Assembly: GCF_009914755.1 (NCBI RefSeq)
Contig: NC_060947.1
DNA length: 64,000 nt
DNA from: the human T2T-CHM13v2.0 reference genome, Homo sapiens
Reading direction: 5' to 3' (one strand)
In this document: positions 38,816-53,200 of the stretch, piece after piece
Layout: the number at the start of each line of letters is the position of its first letter
Position numbering within the stretch: the stretch's first letter is position 1
Notes under the pieces: generated by a model
The model's input: the letters and a program-made list of their open reading frames with translations, nothing else
Databases searched by the model: none
Told to the model about the DNA's origin: nothing
Position numbers and translations under genes: made by a program

Positions 38816-39691
38816 GTAAATTGGTACCACAGAGAGTGAGGTGCTGCTGTAAGGATACCTGAAAAAGTGGAAGCGACTTCTGAACTGGGTAACAGGCAGA
38901 GCTTGGAACAGTTTGGAGGGTTCAGAGGAAGATAGGAAAATCTGGGAAAGTTTGAAATGTCCTAGAGACTTGTTGAATGCCTTTGACCAAAATGCTGATA
39001 GTGATATGGACAATGAAGTTCATGCTGAGATGATTTCAGATGGAGATGAAGAACTTGTTGGGAACTGGAGTAAAGGTCACTTTTGCTATGCAAAGAGACT
39101 GGCAGCATTTTGCCCCTGCTGTAGAGATCTGTGGAACTTTGAACTTGAGAGAGATTATTTAGGGTATCTGGCAGAAAAAATTTCTAAGTGGCAAAGTGTT
39201 CAAGAGGAAGCAGAACGTAAAAGTTTGGAAAATTTGCAGCCTGATGATGCAGTAGAAAAGAAAAACCCATTTTCTGGGGAGAAATTCAGGCTTACTGCGG
39301 AAATTTGCATAAGTAATGAGGAGCCAAATGTTAATCACCAAGACAATGGAGAAAATGTCAGAGACCTTCATGGCAGCCCCTCCCATCACAGACCTGAGGC
39401 CTAGGAGGGAAAAATGGTTTCGTGGGTTGGGCCCAGAGTCCCCCTGCTCTACGCAGCCTCAGGACATGGTGCCCTGCGTCCCAGCTGCTTCAGCTCCAGC
39501 CATGGCTAAAAGGGGAGAAGGTACAGATTAGGCCATTGCTTCAGAGGGTGCAAGCCCCAAGCCTTGGCAGCTTATGTGTGGTGTTGGGCCTGTGGGTGCA
39601 CAGAAGCCAAGAACTGAGGGTTGGAAACCTCCACCTCGATTTCAGAGGAATATGGAAACACCTTTATGTCCAGGTAGAAGTTTTGCTGCAG
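38816..39691 (+). mobile_element. THE1/MaLR internal sequence, truncated, with ORF remnant
   Basis: gtaaattggtacc directly after the LTR; ORF 38913-39404 EGSEEDRKIWESL...GDEELVGNWSKGHFCY...LAAFCPC is typical of MaLR-int. Confidence 0.9.
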
Positions 39692-40099
39692 TTTCTACAT
39701 TTTAGCATATATTCATTCACTTTATTTAGTTTCCCAAATTTATTTAAATATGAAAACTTTTTTTAGAGGGACACTTAAAAATAGTGTAGCTTCCAACAAA
39801 GATTAGAGTTTATCTAAATATCTCTATTGTAGAGAAGAGTTCAGAGGAAAAATCAAGGAATAACCCTGGAAATTTTTTATTTGGCACAATTTTGATGGAA
39901 TGAGAAGGGCTGACGAGGCAATAGTGAGAAAATAACTGTCAATTGAATTTGCAGATGGTCCTAAAAGAGAAGTGCTTTCAAATGCCAATGAATAGTCATT
40001 CATATGATAGTTTTGTCAAGATTTTTAAATCAACAATTTATCAATCAGACAAGAAGCATTTGCAAAGTGAGCACATGTTCAAAATAGTTCTAGATATTC

Positions 40100-40600
40100 T
40101 GTGTGCTGCCTATCCCCATTTGTGCCTTCAGACCCACCCTCTACCCTTCTGTGCTCTGATCACTCTCTCAAGAGATTGACCTGGGTATACCATATCAATG
40201 GTCTTCCTCATGCTCTGACTTCCAGTTAGACTTGTCCAATGGGAAGCACCAAGAGGAGATTAGAATGGTGACTTCTGTTAGCTATTCCCCCAGCTCTCCC
40301 ACTGCAGGCTTATTAAGGCTGGGTGTATTACCCTACTGAAGGTCACAGGCCTCACCACATAATTTTCTCTCTAAGTCCAAGTTCTGATAAGCACACTATC
40401 CCTTCACTCCCTCAGGCCCAGGGGTGATAATAACACCTCTCTGTAACCTGCCCTTGGTCATGTAGTAACCCTTGTGGGAGATCCCTTAACAATGACCTCA
40501 TCTTGGTTAAAACAAAGAAAAAAAGTTCCTTTATTAAAATTTCCTTAAATTACCTCAATTGCAGTATTTCATCAATTTCTGCCAGAGCTCTAACCAATAT
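40100..40600 (+). mobile_element. ERVL LTR (LTR33-like)
   Basis: ctctgacttccagttagacttgtccaatgggaagcaccaagaggagattag...caggcccaggggtgataat...cctttattaaa. Confidence 0.7.
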
Positions 40601-40784
40601 ACTCTGAGAAATTAAATAAAACAAAACAAAACAACAGTGTAAAAGACATTGTCCCCACGTTTAGGGAACTTATGAGCTCATTGAAGAAGGTCATGATGTA
40701 TAATGATCACAGGAGGAATAAATATTAGCACATACGACACCCACTACACCAGAAGAGAGATACTACAGAGCATTGGGTTTTACT

Positions 40785-40920
40785 TTCTTTTTTCTTTTTT
40801 GACAGCTTTATTGAGGTATAATTTAAAATGTACAATTTGACAAGTTCTGACATATGTATTTACCAGTGACACCATCAAAAACATCAAGATAATGAACATA
40901 TCTATCACTTTCAAAAGTTT
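40785..40920 (-). mobile_element. 3' tail of an old L1M (L1MD/MB/ME-like), probable host of the 40.8-60.9 kb nest
   Basis: acagctttattgaggtataat...catcaagataatgaacatatctatcac. Confidence 0.75.
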
Positions 40921-43900
40921 TTTTTATTTTAATTTTTAATTTTTAATTTTTTTCAATTTTAATTTTTATTTTAGATTCAAGGGGTACATGTACAGGTTTA
41001 TTAAATGGGTATATTGTATGATGCTGAGGTTTCGGCTTCCACTGATTCTGTCACCAAGACAGTGAAATAGTAACCAATAGAAAGTTTTATGGAACTTGTG
41101 CCCCTACCTCCCTCACTCCTTTTGAAGTCCCTAGTGTCTATTGTTCCTCTCCATATGTCTGTGTGTGCTGGAAGTTTAGCTTCCACTTATAAGTGAGAAC
41201 GTGATATTTGTTTTCTTTTTTTCTGTTAATTTACTTAGTATGATGGCCTCCAGATGTATCCATGTTGCTGCAAAGGACATGATTTTATTTTTTTATGTCA
41301 GTATAGTATTCCATGGTGTATATATACCATGTTTCCTTTATCCAGTCCACCATTGGTGGGCATCTAGGTTGATTCCATGTCATTGTTCTTAATAGTGTTG
41401 TGATAAACATATGAGTGCATGTGTCTTTTTGGTAGAATAATTTATTTTCCTTTGAGTGTGTACCCATTCATGGAATTGCTGGGTCGAATGGTAGTTCTAT
41501 TTTTAGTTCTTAGAGAAATCCCCAAACTGCTTGGCTGAATTAATTTAAATTCCCACCAATAGTGTATAAGTGTTCTCTTTTCTCTGCAGCCTCACCAATG
41601 TCTGGTTTTTTTTTTATTTTTTAATTATAGCCATTCTGACTGGTGTGCAATGGCATCTCATTGTAGTTTTGATTTGCATTTCTCTGATGATTCGTGATGT
41701 TGGGCATTTTTTCATATGTTTGTTGGGTGCTTGTATGTCTTCTTTTGAGAGGTGTCTGTTCATGTTCTTTGCCCACTTTTTAATCAGGTTGTTTGTTTTC
41801 TGATTGTTGAATTATGTTCCTTATAGATTCTGGATATTAGTTTTTTGTTGGATGCATAGTTTGCAAATATTTTCTCCCATTCTGTAGGTTGTCTATTTAC
41901 TCTCTTGATAGTTTCATTTACTGTGCAGAAACTCTTTCATTTAATTAGGACCACTTGCCAATTTTTGTTTTTGTTACAATTGCTTTTGAGGAATTATGAC
42001 TTAGTCATAAATTATTTGCCAAAGACGATGTCCAGAAGGCTATTTCCTAGGTTTTCTTACAGAATTTTTATAGTTTGAGGTCTTAAATTTAAGTCTTTAA
42101 TCCATCTTGTTGATTTTTGTGTATGGTGATAGGTAGGTGTCCAGTTCCGTTCTTCTGCATATGGTTAGCCAGTTTACCCAGCACTATTTTTTTAATAGGG
42201 AATCGTTTTCCATTGCTTATTTTTGTAGACTTTGTTAAAGATCATTTGGTGGTTGTCTCATTGGTCTATGTATCTATTTTTGTACCAATATGAGGCTGTT
42301 TTGGTTACTGCAGCATGTTGGCATAGTTTGAAGTCAGGCACTGTGATGCCTCTGGATTTGTTCTTATTGCTTAGGATTGCTTTGACTATTCAGGCTCTTT
42401 TTTGGTACCAAATGAATTAAAAAATTTTTTTTTCTACTTCTATGAAAAATGACATTGGTAGTTTGATAGGAATAGCATTGAATCTGTAGATTGCTTTGGA
42501 CAGTATGGCTATTTTCAAGCCATGAGCATGGGATGCTTTTCCATTTATTTGTGTCATCTATGATTTCTTTCATCAGTGTTTCGTAGTTCTTCCCGTAGAG
42601 ATCTTTCACCTTGTTGTTTAGATGTATTCCTAGGTATTTTATTTTTTGTTGCTATTGTAAATAGGATTGCATTCTTGATTTAGCTCTCAGCTTGAATGTT
42701 TTTGGTGTATAGAAATGCTGCTGGTTTTTGTACATTGATTTTGTACCCTGAAACCTTACTGAAGTCATTTATCAGTGCCAGGACCCTTTCGATGGAGTCT
42801 GTAGGGTTTTCTAAGTATAGAATCATTTCATCAGCAAAAAGGGTAAATTGACTTTCTCTTTTCCTATTTGAATGTCTTTTATTTCTTTCTCTTGCCTTAT
42901 TGCTCTGGCTAGGAATTTCAGTACTATGTTGAATAGCGGTGGTGAGACTGGACATCCTTGTCTTGTTTCAGTTCTTAGTGAAGATATTTCAAGGTTTTGT
43001 CCTTTCAGTATGATGTTGGCTGTGGGTTTGTCATAGATGGCTCTTATTGTTTTGAGGTATGTTCCTTTGATGGCTAGTTTGTTGAGGGTTTTTATCATGA
43101 AGTAATGTTGGATTTTATCAAAAGCTTTTTCTGCATCTATTGAGAAGATCATATGTTATTTTTTTAAATTCAGTTTATATGGTGAATCATGTTTATTGAT
43201 TTCATATGTTGAACCATCCTTGCATCGCCAGGAATGAAGCCTACTTGACTGTGGTGAATTAACTTTTAGAATGTGCTGCTGGATTTTGATTGCTAGTATT
43301 TTATCAAGGATTTTTGTGTCTATGTTCGTCAGGAATATTGGCCTATCATTTTCTTTTTTCATTATGTCTTTGACAGATTTTGGTATGAGGATGATACTGG
43401 TTTTATAGAATGAGTTAGGGAGGAATTCCTCCTTCATTTTTTGGAATATTTTCAGGAGTATTGGTACTAGCTTTTCTTTGAACACCTGGTAGAATTCTGC
43501 TTTACTGCAAATCCATCTAGTTCAGGGCTTCCTTTGATTAGCAGATCTTTTTATTACTGATTCAATTTTGGAACTCCTTATTTGTCTGTTCAGGATTTTA
43601 ATTTCTTCCTGGTTCAATCTGGGATGGTGGTGTATTTCCAGGAATTTATCCATTTTATCTAGATTTTCTTATTTGTGTATGTAGAGGTGTTTATATTGGT
43701 CTCTGAGTATCTTTTGCATTTCTGTGAGATTGATTGTAATGTCACCTTTGTCACTTCTGATTGTGCTTATTTGGATCTTCTCTCTTTTTTTTCTTTGTTA
43801 ATCTAGCTGTTAAGCTATCTATTGTGTTTATTCTTTCAAATAATCAACTTTTTATTTTATTGATCATTTGTATGGTTTTTTTGGGGTCTCAATTTCATTG

Positions 43901-45416
43901 AGTTCTGCCCTGATTTTAGTTATTTCTTTTCTTCTGCTAGCTTTGAGATAGTTAGTTCTTGTTTTTCTAGTACCTTTAGATGCAATGTTAGACTGTTAAT
44001 TTGAGATTTTTCTATCTTCTTGATTTAGGCATTTAGCACTATAAACTTTCCTCTTAACTAATTGCTTTTGCTGCATCCCAGAGATTATAGTATGTTGTGT
44101 CTCCATTTTTACTTATTTCAAAGAATTTTCTGGTTTCTGCCTTAATTCCTTTGTTTACCCAAAAGTCATTTGGGAGCAGATTGCTTAGTTTACATGTAAT
44201 TGGGTGGTTTTGAGGGTGGTATTGATTTTTATTTTTATTCCACTGTGGTCTGAGAATATGCTTCATAGGATTTTGATTTTTTGAAATTTATTGACACTTG
44301 CTTTATGGCCGAGGATGTGGTCATTCTTAAAGTATGTTCTATATGCAGATGAGAAAAATGTATATTCCGTGGTTGTTGGGTATTCTGTAGATATTTATTA
44401 GGTGCAATTGGTCAAGTGTTGAATTTAAGTCTGGAATTTCTGTTAGTTTTCTACCTCAGTGATCTGTCTAATGCTGTCAGTGGGGGTGTTGTAGTCTCCA
44501 CTATTATTGTATAGCAGTCAAAGTCTTTTCCTAAGTTTAAAAGTACTTGTTTTATGAATATGGGTTCTCCAGTGTTCGATGCATATATATATTTAGAATA
44601 GTTAAGTCTTCTTCAATGAAACTTTTATCATTATGTAATGACCTTCTTTGTCCTTTTTTTACTGTTGTTGGTTTAAAGTCTGTTTTATCTGATACAAGAA
44701 TAGCAACCCCTGATCTTTTTTGTTTTCCATTTGCATGATAGATCTTTCCCCATCCCTTTACCTTAAGCCTATGGGTTTTGTTACATGTAAGATAGGTCTC
44801 TTGAAGACAGCAGAAGGTTGGTCTTTTCTTTTTTTTTTTTTTTAATCCAATTTGCCACTCTGTGTCTTTTAAGTGGAGTGTTTAGACTGTTTACATAAAG
44901 GTTAATATTTATATGTGGGCTTTTGATCCTGTCATGGTGTTGATAACCGGTTGCTTTGTATTCTCGATTGTGTAGTTGCTTTATATGGTCTGTGGGTTAT
45001 GTACTATTACGTGTGTTTTTGTGGTAGCAGATGTTGTTCTTTCATTTCTATGTTTAGAACTCCCTTAAGCATCGTTTGTAAGACCAATTGAGTGGTAACA
45101 AATTCCCTTAACAATTGCTTGTCTGGGAAAGATTTTATTTCTCCTTGCTTATGAAGCTTAGTTTGGCGAGATATGAAATTCTTGGTTGGAATTTCTTTTC
45201 CTTAAGAATGCTACCAATAGACCCCCAATCTTCTCTGGCTTGTGTGTTTCTGCTGCAAAGTCTGCTGTTAGCCTGATGGCCTTCTCTTTATAGGTGATAG
45301 GACCTTTTTCTCTACTTTGAAGCTTTTTTCTTTCATGCCCATCTTGGCAATTCTGAGGATAATGTGTCTTGGGGATGGTCATCTTATATAGTGTCTCACA
45401 GGTGTTCTCTGAATTT
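40921..45416 (-). mobile_element. L1PA16-like element, 3'UTR through ORF2 into ORF1 (~4.5 kb, disrupted)
   Basis: ORF2 peptides [41 protein letters not shown]; ORF1 KGPITYKEKAIRLTADF at 45158-45382. Confidence 0.92.
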
Positions 45417-46582
45417 AATCAAGATGGATTAATGACCTAAATGTAAGACCAGAAACCATTAAAATTCTAGAAAAAAACCTAGGTTTTCAGAAAAACTTTT
45501 CTGAACATTGGCCTATGCAAATAATTTATTACTAAGACCCCAAAAGCAAATGCAATAAAAACAAAAATAAATAAATAGGACCTAGTTAAATGAAAAGGCT
45601 TCTGCACAGCAAAATAATCATCAGAGTAAACAGGCAATCCACAGAATGAGAGAAAATATTTGCAAACTATGCATCTGACAAAGGACTAATCCAGAATCTA
45701 CAAGGAGCGCAAACAAATCAGCAAGAAAAAAAAAACCTCATCAAGAAGTGGACAATTGACATGAATAGACATTTCTCAAAAGAAGATGTAAAAATAGCCA
45801 ACAGCCATATGAAAAAATGCTCAATATCACCAATCATCAGGGAAATGCAAACTAAAATGACAATGAGATACCACCTTACTCCAGCCAGAATGACCATTAT
45901 TAAAAATCAAAAAAACAATAGATGTTGGCATGGATATGGTGAAAAGGGAACACTTACACACTGCTGGTGGGAATGTAAATTAGTTCAACCTGTATGGAAA
46001 ACGGTATAAGATTTCTCAAAGAACTAAAAGTAGATCTACCATGTGATCCAGCAATCCTACTACTAGGTATCTATCCAAAGGAAAAGAAGTCATTATATCA
46101 AAAAGACACCTGCACATATATGTTTATCACAGCATAATTCACAGTTGCAAAGATATGGAACCAACCTAAGTGCCCATCAACTGAAGAGAGGATAAAGAAA
46201 ATGTGGTATGTATACACCATAGAATACTACTCAGCCATAAAAAGGAATGAAATAATGTCTTTCACAGCAACTTGGATGGAGCTGGACACCCTTATTCTAA
46301 GTGAAGTAATTCAGGAATTGAAAACCAAATACTGCATGTTCTCACTAATAAGTGGGAGGTAAGCTATGGGTACACAAGGGTATACAGAATTGTATAATGA
46401 ACATTGGAGACTCAGAAGCAGGAAAGTAGGAGGGGAATGAGTGATTTAAAAACTACACATTGGGTACAATGTACACTACTTGGTGATGGGTGCAGTAAAA
46501 TCTCAGACTTCACCACTACACAATTCATCCATGTAACCAAAAACCACTAATACACCTAAAGCTACTGAAATAATTTTTTAAA
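45417..46582 (+). mobile_element. L1PB3/4-like 3' end
   Basis: Sense ORF2 C-terminus (45761-46009) and 3'UTR aaaactacacattgggtacaatgtacactacttggtgatggg. Confidence 0.88.
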
Positions 46583-46584
46583 AG

Positions 46585-46996
46585 AATCCTTTGTAGAAAT
46601 ATATACTTTCATTTTGCTTGGGCAAATACTTAAAGGTTAATAGTTGGATCATATGGTAAGTGTATGTTCATCTTTTTAAGACACTATCACACTCTTTCCC
46701 AAAGTGGTTTTAGATTTCCACTAATAGTGTATGAGAGTTCCAGTTCCTCCACATTCTCACCAACACTTGCTATGGGCAGTCTTTTTAATGCTATCCATTT
46801 AAATAGATGTGTAGTGGTTATCTCATGGTGGTTTTAATTTGTATTTCCCTAGTGACTAATTTTGTTGAGTACCTTTTTATGTGCTTATTTGCTACCTATA
46901 TATCTTCTTGAAGTATGTGTTCAAATCTTTTAAATTGGGTTTTTAAAATTACTGAGCTTTCAGAGTTCTTTACATATTCTGGATACAAATTCTTTA

Positions 46997-47034
<38 letters not shown>

Positions 47035-48660
47035 ATATATAGCATACATATGATACATTTGATATAATATGTATTTCTCCCAGTATGCATCTTGTCTTTT
47101 CATTCTCTTTAGCAATGTCTTTATAAGAGCAGAAATTTAAACCTTGATGACATTTGATTTTTTTTTCTTTTATGGATCATTTTTAAGTGATGTAGACATC
47201 TTTGCTTAATCCAAGGTCATGAGGCTTTCTTCTAAATTTTTGTTCTAGAAATTTTATAGTTTTAAGTTTTACATTTAGGTCTATGATCCATTTTGAATTA
47301 ACTTTTGATTATGGTGTGAGATATAGGCTGCAGTTCTCTTTTTTTCTATGTGGATATCCAATTGTTCCAGCACCATTTGTTGACAAGATTTTTCTTTCTC
47401 CACTGAATTGCCCCTACACTTAAAAAAAACAAATTCAGTTGACCATATATTTGTGGGTCTATTTCTGGACTCCTGTTCATATTTGTATATCTTTACACAA
47501 ATACCACACTGTATTGATTACTATAGCTTTATAATAAGTCTTGCAGTAAAATGATGTAAATTCTCCAAGTTTTTTGTTGTCTTTTAAACTTGTTTTGGCT
47601 ACTTTAAGTTCTTTGCATATCCATTTGAATTTTAAAATTCAGTCGTCAATTTTTACAAAAAGCCTACAGAAATTTGCCGTGAGTTTGCATTGAATCTGTA
47701 GTTCAATTAGGGGAGAAATAACATCTTAAAATATTCAATCTTTCAATTCATGAATAGGGTATATCTATCTATTTATTTAGGTCTTTAATTTTTCTTAGCA
47801 ATATTTTGCAGTTTTTCATGTGTAGATCTTTCATATCTTTTGTCACATTTTTTCTTAAGTATTTAATATTTCGATGCTATTATAAATGGTATTTTTCAAT
47901 TTTTCACTGTTTCTAGTACTTTGTATAAAAAAACTATTGATTTTTGTATATTTGTCTTTTCTCCTACAACCTTGTTAAATTCACTTATTAGTTCTTAGAC
48001 TTTTTGTAGATTTCATCAGGTTTTCTACATATATGATCATGTTGCAAATAAAAATAGTTTTACTTCTTCCATTCAAATCTGGTTGCTTTTATTTCTTTGT
48101 CTTGCCTTATTAGGCACTGACTAGAACCTCCAGTGTGACTGGACATCCTTGTCTTGTTCCTAATCTTAGAGGCAAAGCATTCAATCTTTCACCATTAAGT
48201 ATGATATTAGCTGTGGGTTTTTTGTAGATGCCCTTTATCAGGTTGACAAATTTTTCTTCTGATCGTAGTTTACTAAGAGATTTTAAAAAATTTTTAAATC
48301 AGAAATGGGTATTGGATTTTTGCTTTTTTTTAGGACCATATAGGTGATCACATTTATTTTCTTTTTAGTTTTAATATGGTGAATTACATTCTTTGATTTT
48401 TTTAAATGTTAAGCCAACTTTGCATTTCTTTGAAAAATTCCACATGGTCATTATGCATTGTCCATTTTGTTGGATTTGGCTTGTTAAAATTGAATTTCAA
48501 ATTTTTGCAACCATGTGTATGAGAAATATTGGTTTTTAGTTTTCTTTTCATGAAATGTCTGTCTGATTTTGGTAATACAGGCATTTGTGGCCTCATAGAA
48601 AGTGTTGGGAAATCTTACATTGTTTTCAATTCTACGGAAATGTTTGTAAAATTAGAACTA
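46585..48660 (-). mobile_element. Old L1M ORF2 segment (host)
   Basis: Diverged antisense ORF2 that continues seamlessly at 55835 across the L1PB insertion. Confidence 0.85.
46999..47032. repeat. (GT)n microsatellite
   Basis: About 17 GT units. Confidence 0.97.
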
Positions 48661-49926
48661 TTTATTTTTTCTTTTCCATAAGTTATTGGGGTATGGGTGG
48701 TATTTGGTTACACGAGTAAGTTCTTTAGTGGTGATTTGTGAGATTTTGGTGCACCCATCACCCGAGCAGTATACACTGCACCATATTTGCAGTCTTTTAT
48801 CCCTTGCTCCCCTCCCCATCTTCTCCCCAAGTTCCAAGTCCATTGTATCATTCTTATGCCTTTGCATCCTCATAGCTTAGCTCCCACACATCTGTGAGAA
48901 CATATGATGTTTGGTTTTCCATTCCTGATGTTACTTCACTTAGAATAATAGTCTCCAATCTCATCCAGGTCACTGCAAATGCTGTCAATTTATTCCTTTT
49001 TATGGCTGCATAGTATTCCATCACATACATATACCACAGTTTCTTTATCCACTCACTAACTGATGGGCATTTGGGTTGGTTCCACGATTTTGCAATTGTG
49101 AATTGTGCTGCTATAAACATGCATGCACAAGTATACTTTTTGAATAATGACTTCTTTTCCTTTGGGTAGATACCCAGTAGTGGGATTGCTGGATCAAATT
49201 ATCGTTCTCCTTTTAGTTCTTTAAGGAATCTCCACACTGTTTTCCGTAGCTGCTGTAGTAGTTTACATTCCCACCAGCGGTGTAGAAGTGTTCCCTGTTC
49301 ACCACATCCACGCCAACATCTACTGTTTTTTGATTTTTTTATTATGGCCATTCTTGCAGGAGTGATGTGGTATCGCATTGTGGTTTTGATTTGCATTTCC
49401 CTGATCATTAGTGATGTTGAGCATTTTTTCATATGTTTGTTGGTCATTTGTATATCTTCTTTTGAGAATTGTCTATTCATGTCCTTTGCCCAGTTTTTGA
49501 TGGGATTGTGTGTTTTTTTCTTACTGATTAGTTTGAGTTCATTGTAGATTCTGGATATTAGTCATTTGTCAGATGTATAGATTGTGAAGATTTTCTCCCA
49601 CTCTGTGGGTTGTCTGTTTACTCTGCTGACTGTTCCTTTTGCCATGCAAAAGCTCCTTAGTTTAATTAGGTCCCAGCTATTTATCTTCATTTTTATTGCA
49701 TTTGCTTTTGGGTTCTTGGTCATGAAATCCTTGCCTAAGCCAATGTCTAGAAGGGTTTTTTCCCAATGTTATCTTCTAGAGCTTTTATGGTTTCAGGTCT
49801 TAGGTTTAAGTCTTTAACCCATCTTGAGTTGATTTTTATATAAGGTGAGAGATGAAGATCCAGTTTCATTCTCCTACATGTGGCTAGCCAATTATCCCAG
49901 CACCATTTGTTGAAAAGAGTGTCCTT

Positions 49927-50207
49927 CAGAAAACCAAACACCACATGTTCTCACTCATAGGTGGGAGTTGAACAATGAGAACACATGGACACAGGGCGGG
50001 GAACGTTACACACTGGGGCCTGTCGGGGGATGGGGGGCTGGGGGAGGGATAGCATTAGGAGAAATACCTAATGTAAATGATGAGTTGATGGGTGCAGCAA
50101 AGCAACATGGCACGTGCATACCTATGTAACAAACCTGCAGATTGTGCACACGTACCCTAGAACTTAAAGTATAATAAAAATAAATAAATAAACAACAACA
50201 ACAAAAA
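49927..50207 (+). mobile_element. Short L1PA (PA6-8-like) 3' end inserted in the L1PB, with TSD
   Basis: TSD gaaaagagtgtcctt (49912-49926) / gaaaagggtgtcctt (50208-50222). Confidence 0.95.
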
Positions 50208-53200
50208 GAAAAGGGTGTCCTTTCCCTACTTTATTTTTTTTGTTTGCTTTGTCAAAGGTCAATTGGCTGTAAGTATTTGGTATTATATCTGGGTCCTCTA
50301 TTCAGTTCCATTGGTCTGTGTGCCTGTTTTTGTACCAGTAGCATATTGTTTTGGTGACTATAGCCTTATGGTATAGTTTTAAATCAGGTGGTGTGATACC
50401 TCCAGATTTGTTCTTTTTGCTTAGTCTTGCTTTGGCTATGCAGGCTCTTTTTTGGTTTCACATGAACTTTGGAATTGTTTTTTCTAATTCTGTGAAGAAT
50501 GATGGTGGTATTTTGATGGGGATTGCATTGAATTTGTAGATTGCTTTTGGCAGTATGGTCATTTTCACTATCTTGATTCTAGCCATCCATGAGCATAGGA
50601 TGTGTTTCCATTTGTTCTTGTCATCTATGATTTCTTTCAGCAGTATTTTGTAGTTTTCCTTGTTGAGGTCTTTTGACTCCTTGGTTAAGTATATTCCTAA
50701 GTATTTTATTATTTTGCAGCTATTGTAAAAGGGGTTGTGTTCTTGATTGGATTCTCTGCTTGGTTGCTGTTGGTGAATAGAAGAGCTACTGATTTGTGCA
50801 CATTAATCTTAATCCAGAGACTTTGCTGAATTCTTTTATCAGTTCTAGGAGCTTTTTGAAGGACTCCTTAGGGTTTTCAAGGTAAACAATCATATCCTCA
50901 GCAAACAGTGACAATTTGACTTCCTCTTTACCTATTTGGATTCCCTTTATGTCTTTCTCTTGTCTGATTGCTCTGGCTAGGACTTCCTGTACTATGTTGA
51001 AGAGGAGTGGTGAGAGTGGGCATCCTTGTCTTGTTCCAGTTCTCAGAGGGAATGCTTTCAACTTTTCCCCATTCAGTATTATGTTGGCTGTGGGTTTGTC
51101 ATTAATGGCTTTTATTACATTAAGGTATGTCCCTTGTACGCTGATTTTGCTGAGAGTTTTAATCATAAAGAAATGCTGGATTTTGTCGAATGCTTTTTCT
51201 GCATCTATTTAATGATCACGTGATTTTTGTTTTTAATTCTGTTTATGTGGTGTATCACATTTATTGACTTGCGTATGTTAAACCATCCCTCCATCCCTGG
51301 TATGAAGCCCACTTGATCATGGTGGATTATCTTTTTGATATGTTGTTGGATTTGGTTAGCTAGTATTTTGTTAAGGGTTTTAGCATCTATGTTCATCAAG
51401 GATATCGGTCCGTAGTTTTCTTTTTTGGTTATGTCTTTTCCCGGTTTTGGTATTAGGGTGATACTGGCTTCACAGAATGAATTAGGGTGTGTTCCTTCTT
51501 TCTCTATCTTGTGGAATAGTGTCAAAAGTATGGGTACCAATTCTTCTTTGAATGCCTGGTAGAATTCTGCTGTGAATCTGTCTGGTCCTGGGCTTCTTTG
51601 TTGCTAATTTTTAAATTACCATTTCAATCTCACTGCTTGTTATTGGACTGTTCAGGGTATCTAATTGTTCCTGATTTAAGCTAGGAGGGTTGTATTTTTC
51701 CAGGAATTTATCCATCTCTTCTAGACTTTCTAGTTTGTGTGCATAAAGATGTTCATAGTAGCCTTGAATGAACTTTTGTATATCAGTGCTGTCAGTTGTA
51801 ATATCTCCTGTTTCATTTCTTAGTGAGGTTATTTGGGTTTCTCTCTTTTCTCAGTTAATCTTGCCAATTGTCTATCAATTTTATCTTTTCAAAGAACCGG
51901 CTTTTTGTTTCATTTATCTTTTGTATTTTTTTGTTTGTTTTGATTTCATTTACTTCTGCTCTGATCTTGGTTATTTCCTTTCTTCTGCTGGATTTGGGTT
52001 TGGTTTGTTCTTGTTTCTCTAGTTCCTTGAGGTGTGACCTTAGAGTGTCAGTTTGTGCCCTTTCAGTCTTTTTGACATAGGCATTTAGGGCTATGAACTT
52101 TCCTCTTAGAACCACCTTTGCTGTATCCCAGAGGTTTTAAGAGGTTGTGTCATTATTGTCATTCAGTTTGCAGAATTTTTAAATTTCCATCTTCATTTTG
52201 TTTTTGACTCAATGCTCATTCAAGAGCAAGTTATTTAATTTCTGTGTATTTGCATGGTTTTGAAGGTTCCTTTTGGAGTTAATTTCCAGTTTTATTCCAC
52301 TGTGGTCTGAGAGAGTGCTTGATATAATTTCAATTTTCTTAAATTTATTGAGGTTTGTTTTATGGCCTACCATATGGTCTATCTTGGAGAATGTTCCATG
52401 TGCTGTTGAACAGAATGTGTATTCTGCGGTTGTTGGCTGAAATGTTCTGTATGTATCTGTTAAGTCCATTTGTTCCAAGGTATAGTTTAAATCCATTGTT
52501 TCCCTGTTGACTTTCTGTCTTGATGTCCTGTCTAGTGCTGTCAGTGGAGTATTGAAGTCCCCACTATTACTGTGTTGCTGTCTATCTCATTTCTCAGGTC
52601 TATTAGTAATTAGTAAATTTGGGATATCCAGTGTTAGGTGCACATATGTTTAGGATTGTGATATTTTCCTGTTTGACAAGGTCTTTTACCATTATATAAT
52701 GTCCCTCTTTGTCTCTTTTAACTGCCATTGCTTTAAAGTTTGTTTGGTCTGATATAAGAATAGCTATCCCTGCTCGCTTTTGGTGTTCATTTGCATGAAA
52801 TGCCTTTTTCCACCCCCTTACTTTAAGTTTATGTGAGTCCTTATATGTTAGGTGAGTCTCCTGAAGGAAGCAGATACTTGCTTGGTGAGTTCTTACCCAT
52901 TCTGCAGTTCTGTATCGTTTCAGTGGAGCATTTAGGCTATTTACATTCAATGTTAGTATTAAAATGTGAGGTACTGTTGCATTCATCGTGCTCTTTGTTG
53001 CCTGTGTACTTTGGTTTTATTGTTTTATTGTTTTTTGTTTTTGCTTTTTAACTTGTATTTTTGTTTTATAGGTCCTGTGTGATTTACGCTTTAAAGAGGT
53101 TCTGTTTTGATGTGTTTCCAGGATTTGTTTCAAGATTTAGAGCTCCTCTTCACAGTTCTTGTAGTTGTGGCTTGGTAATGGCGAATTCTCTCAGCATTTG

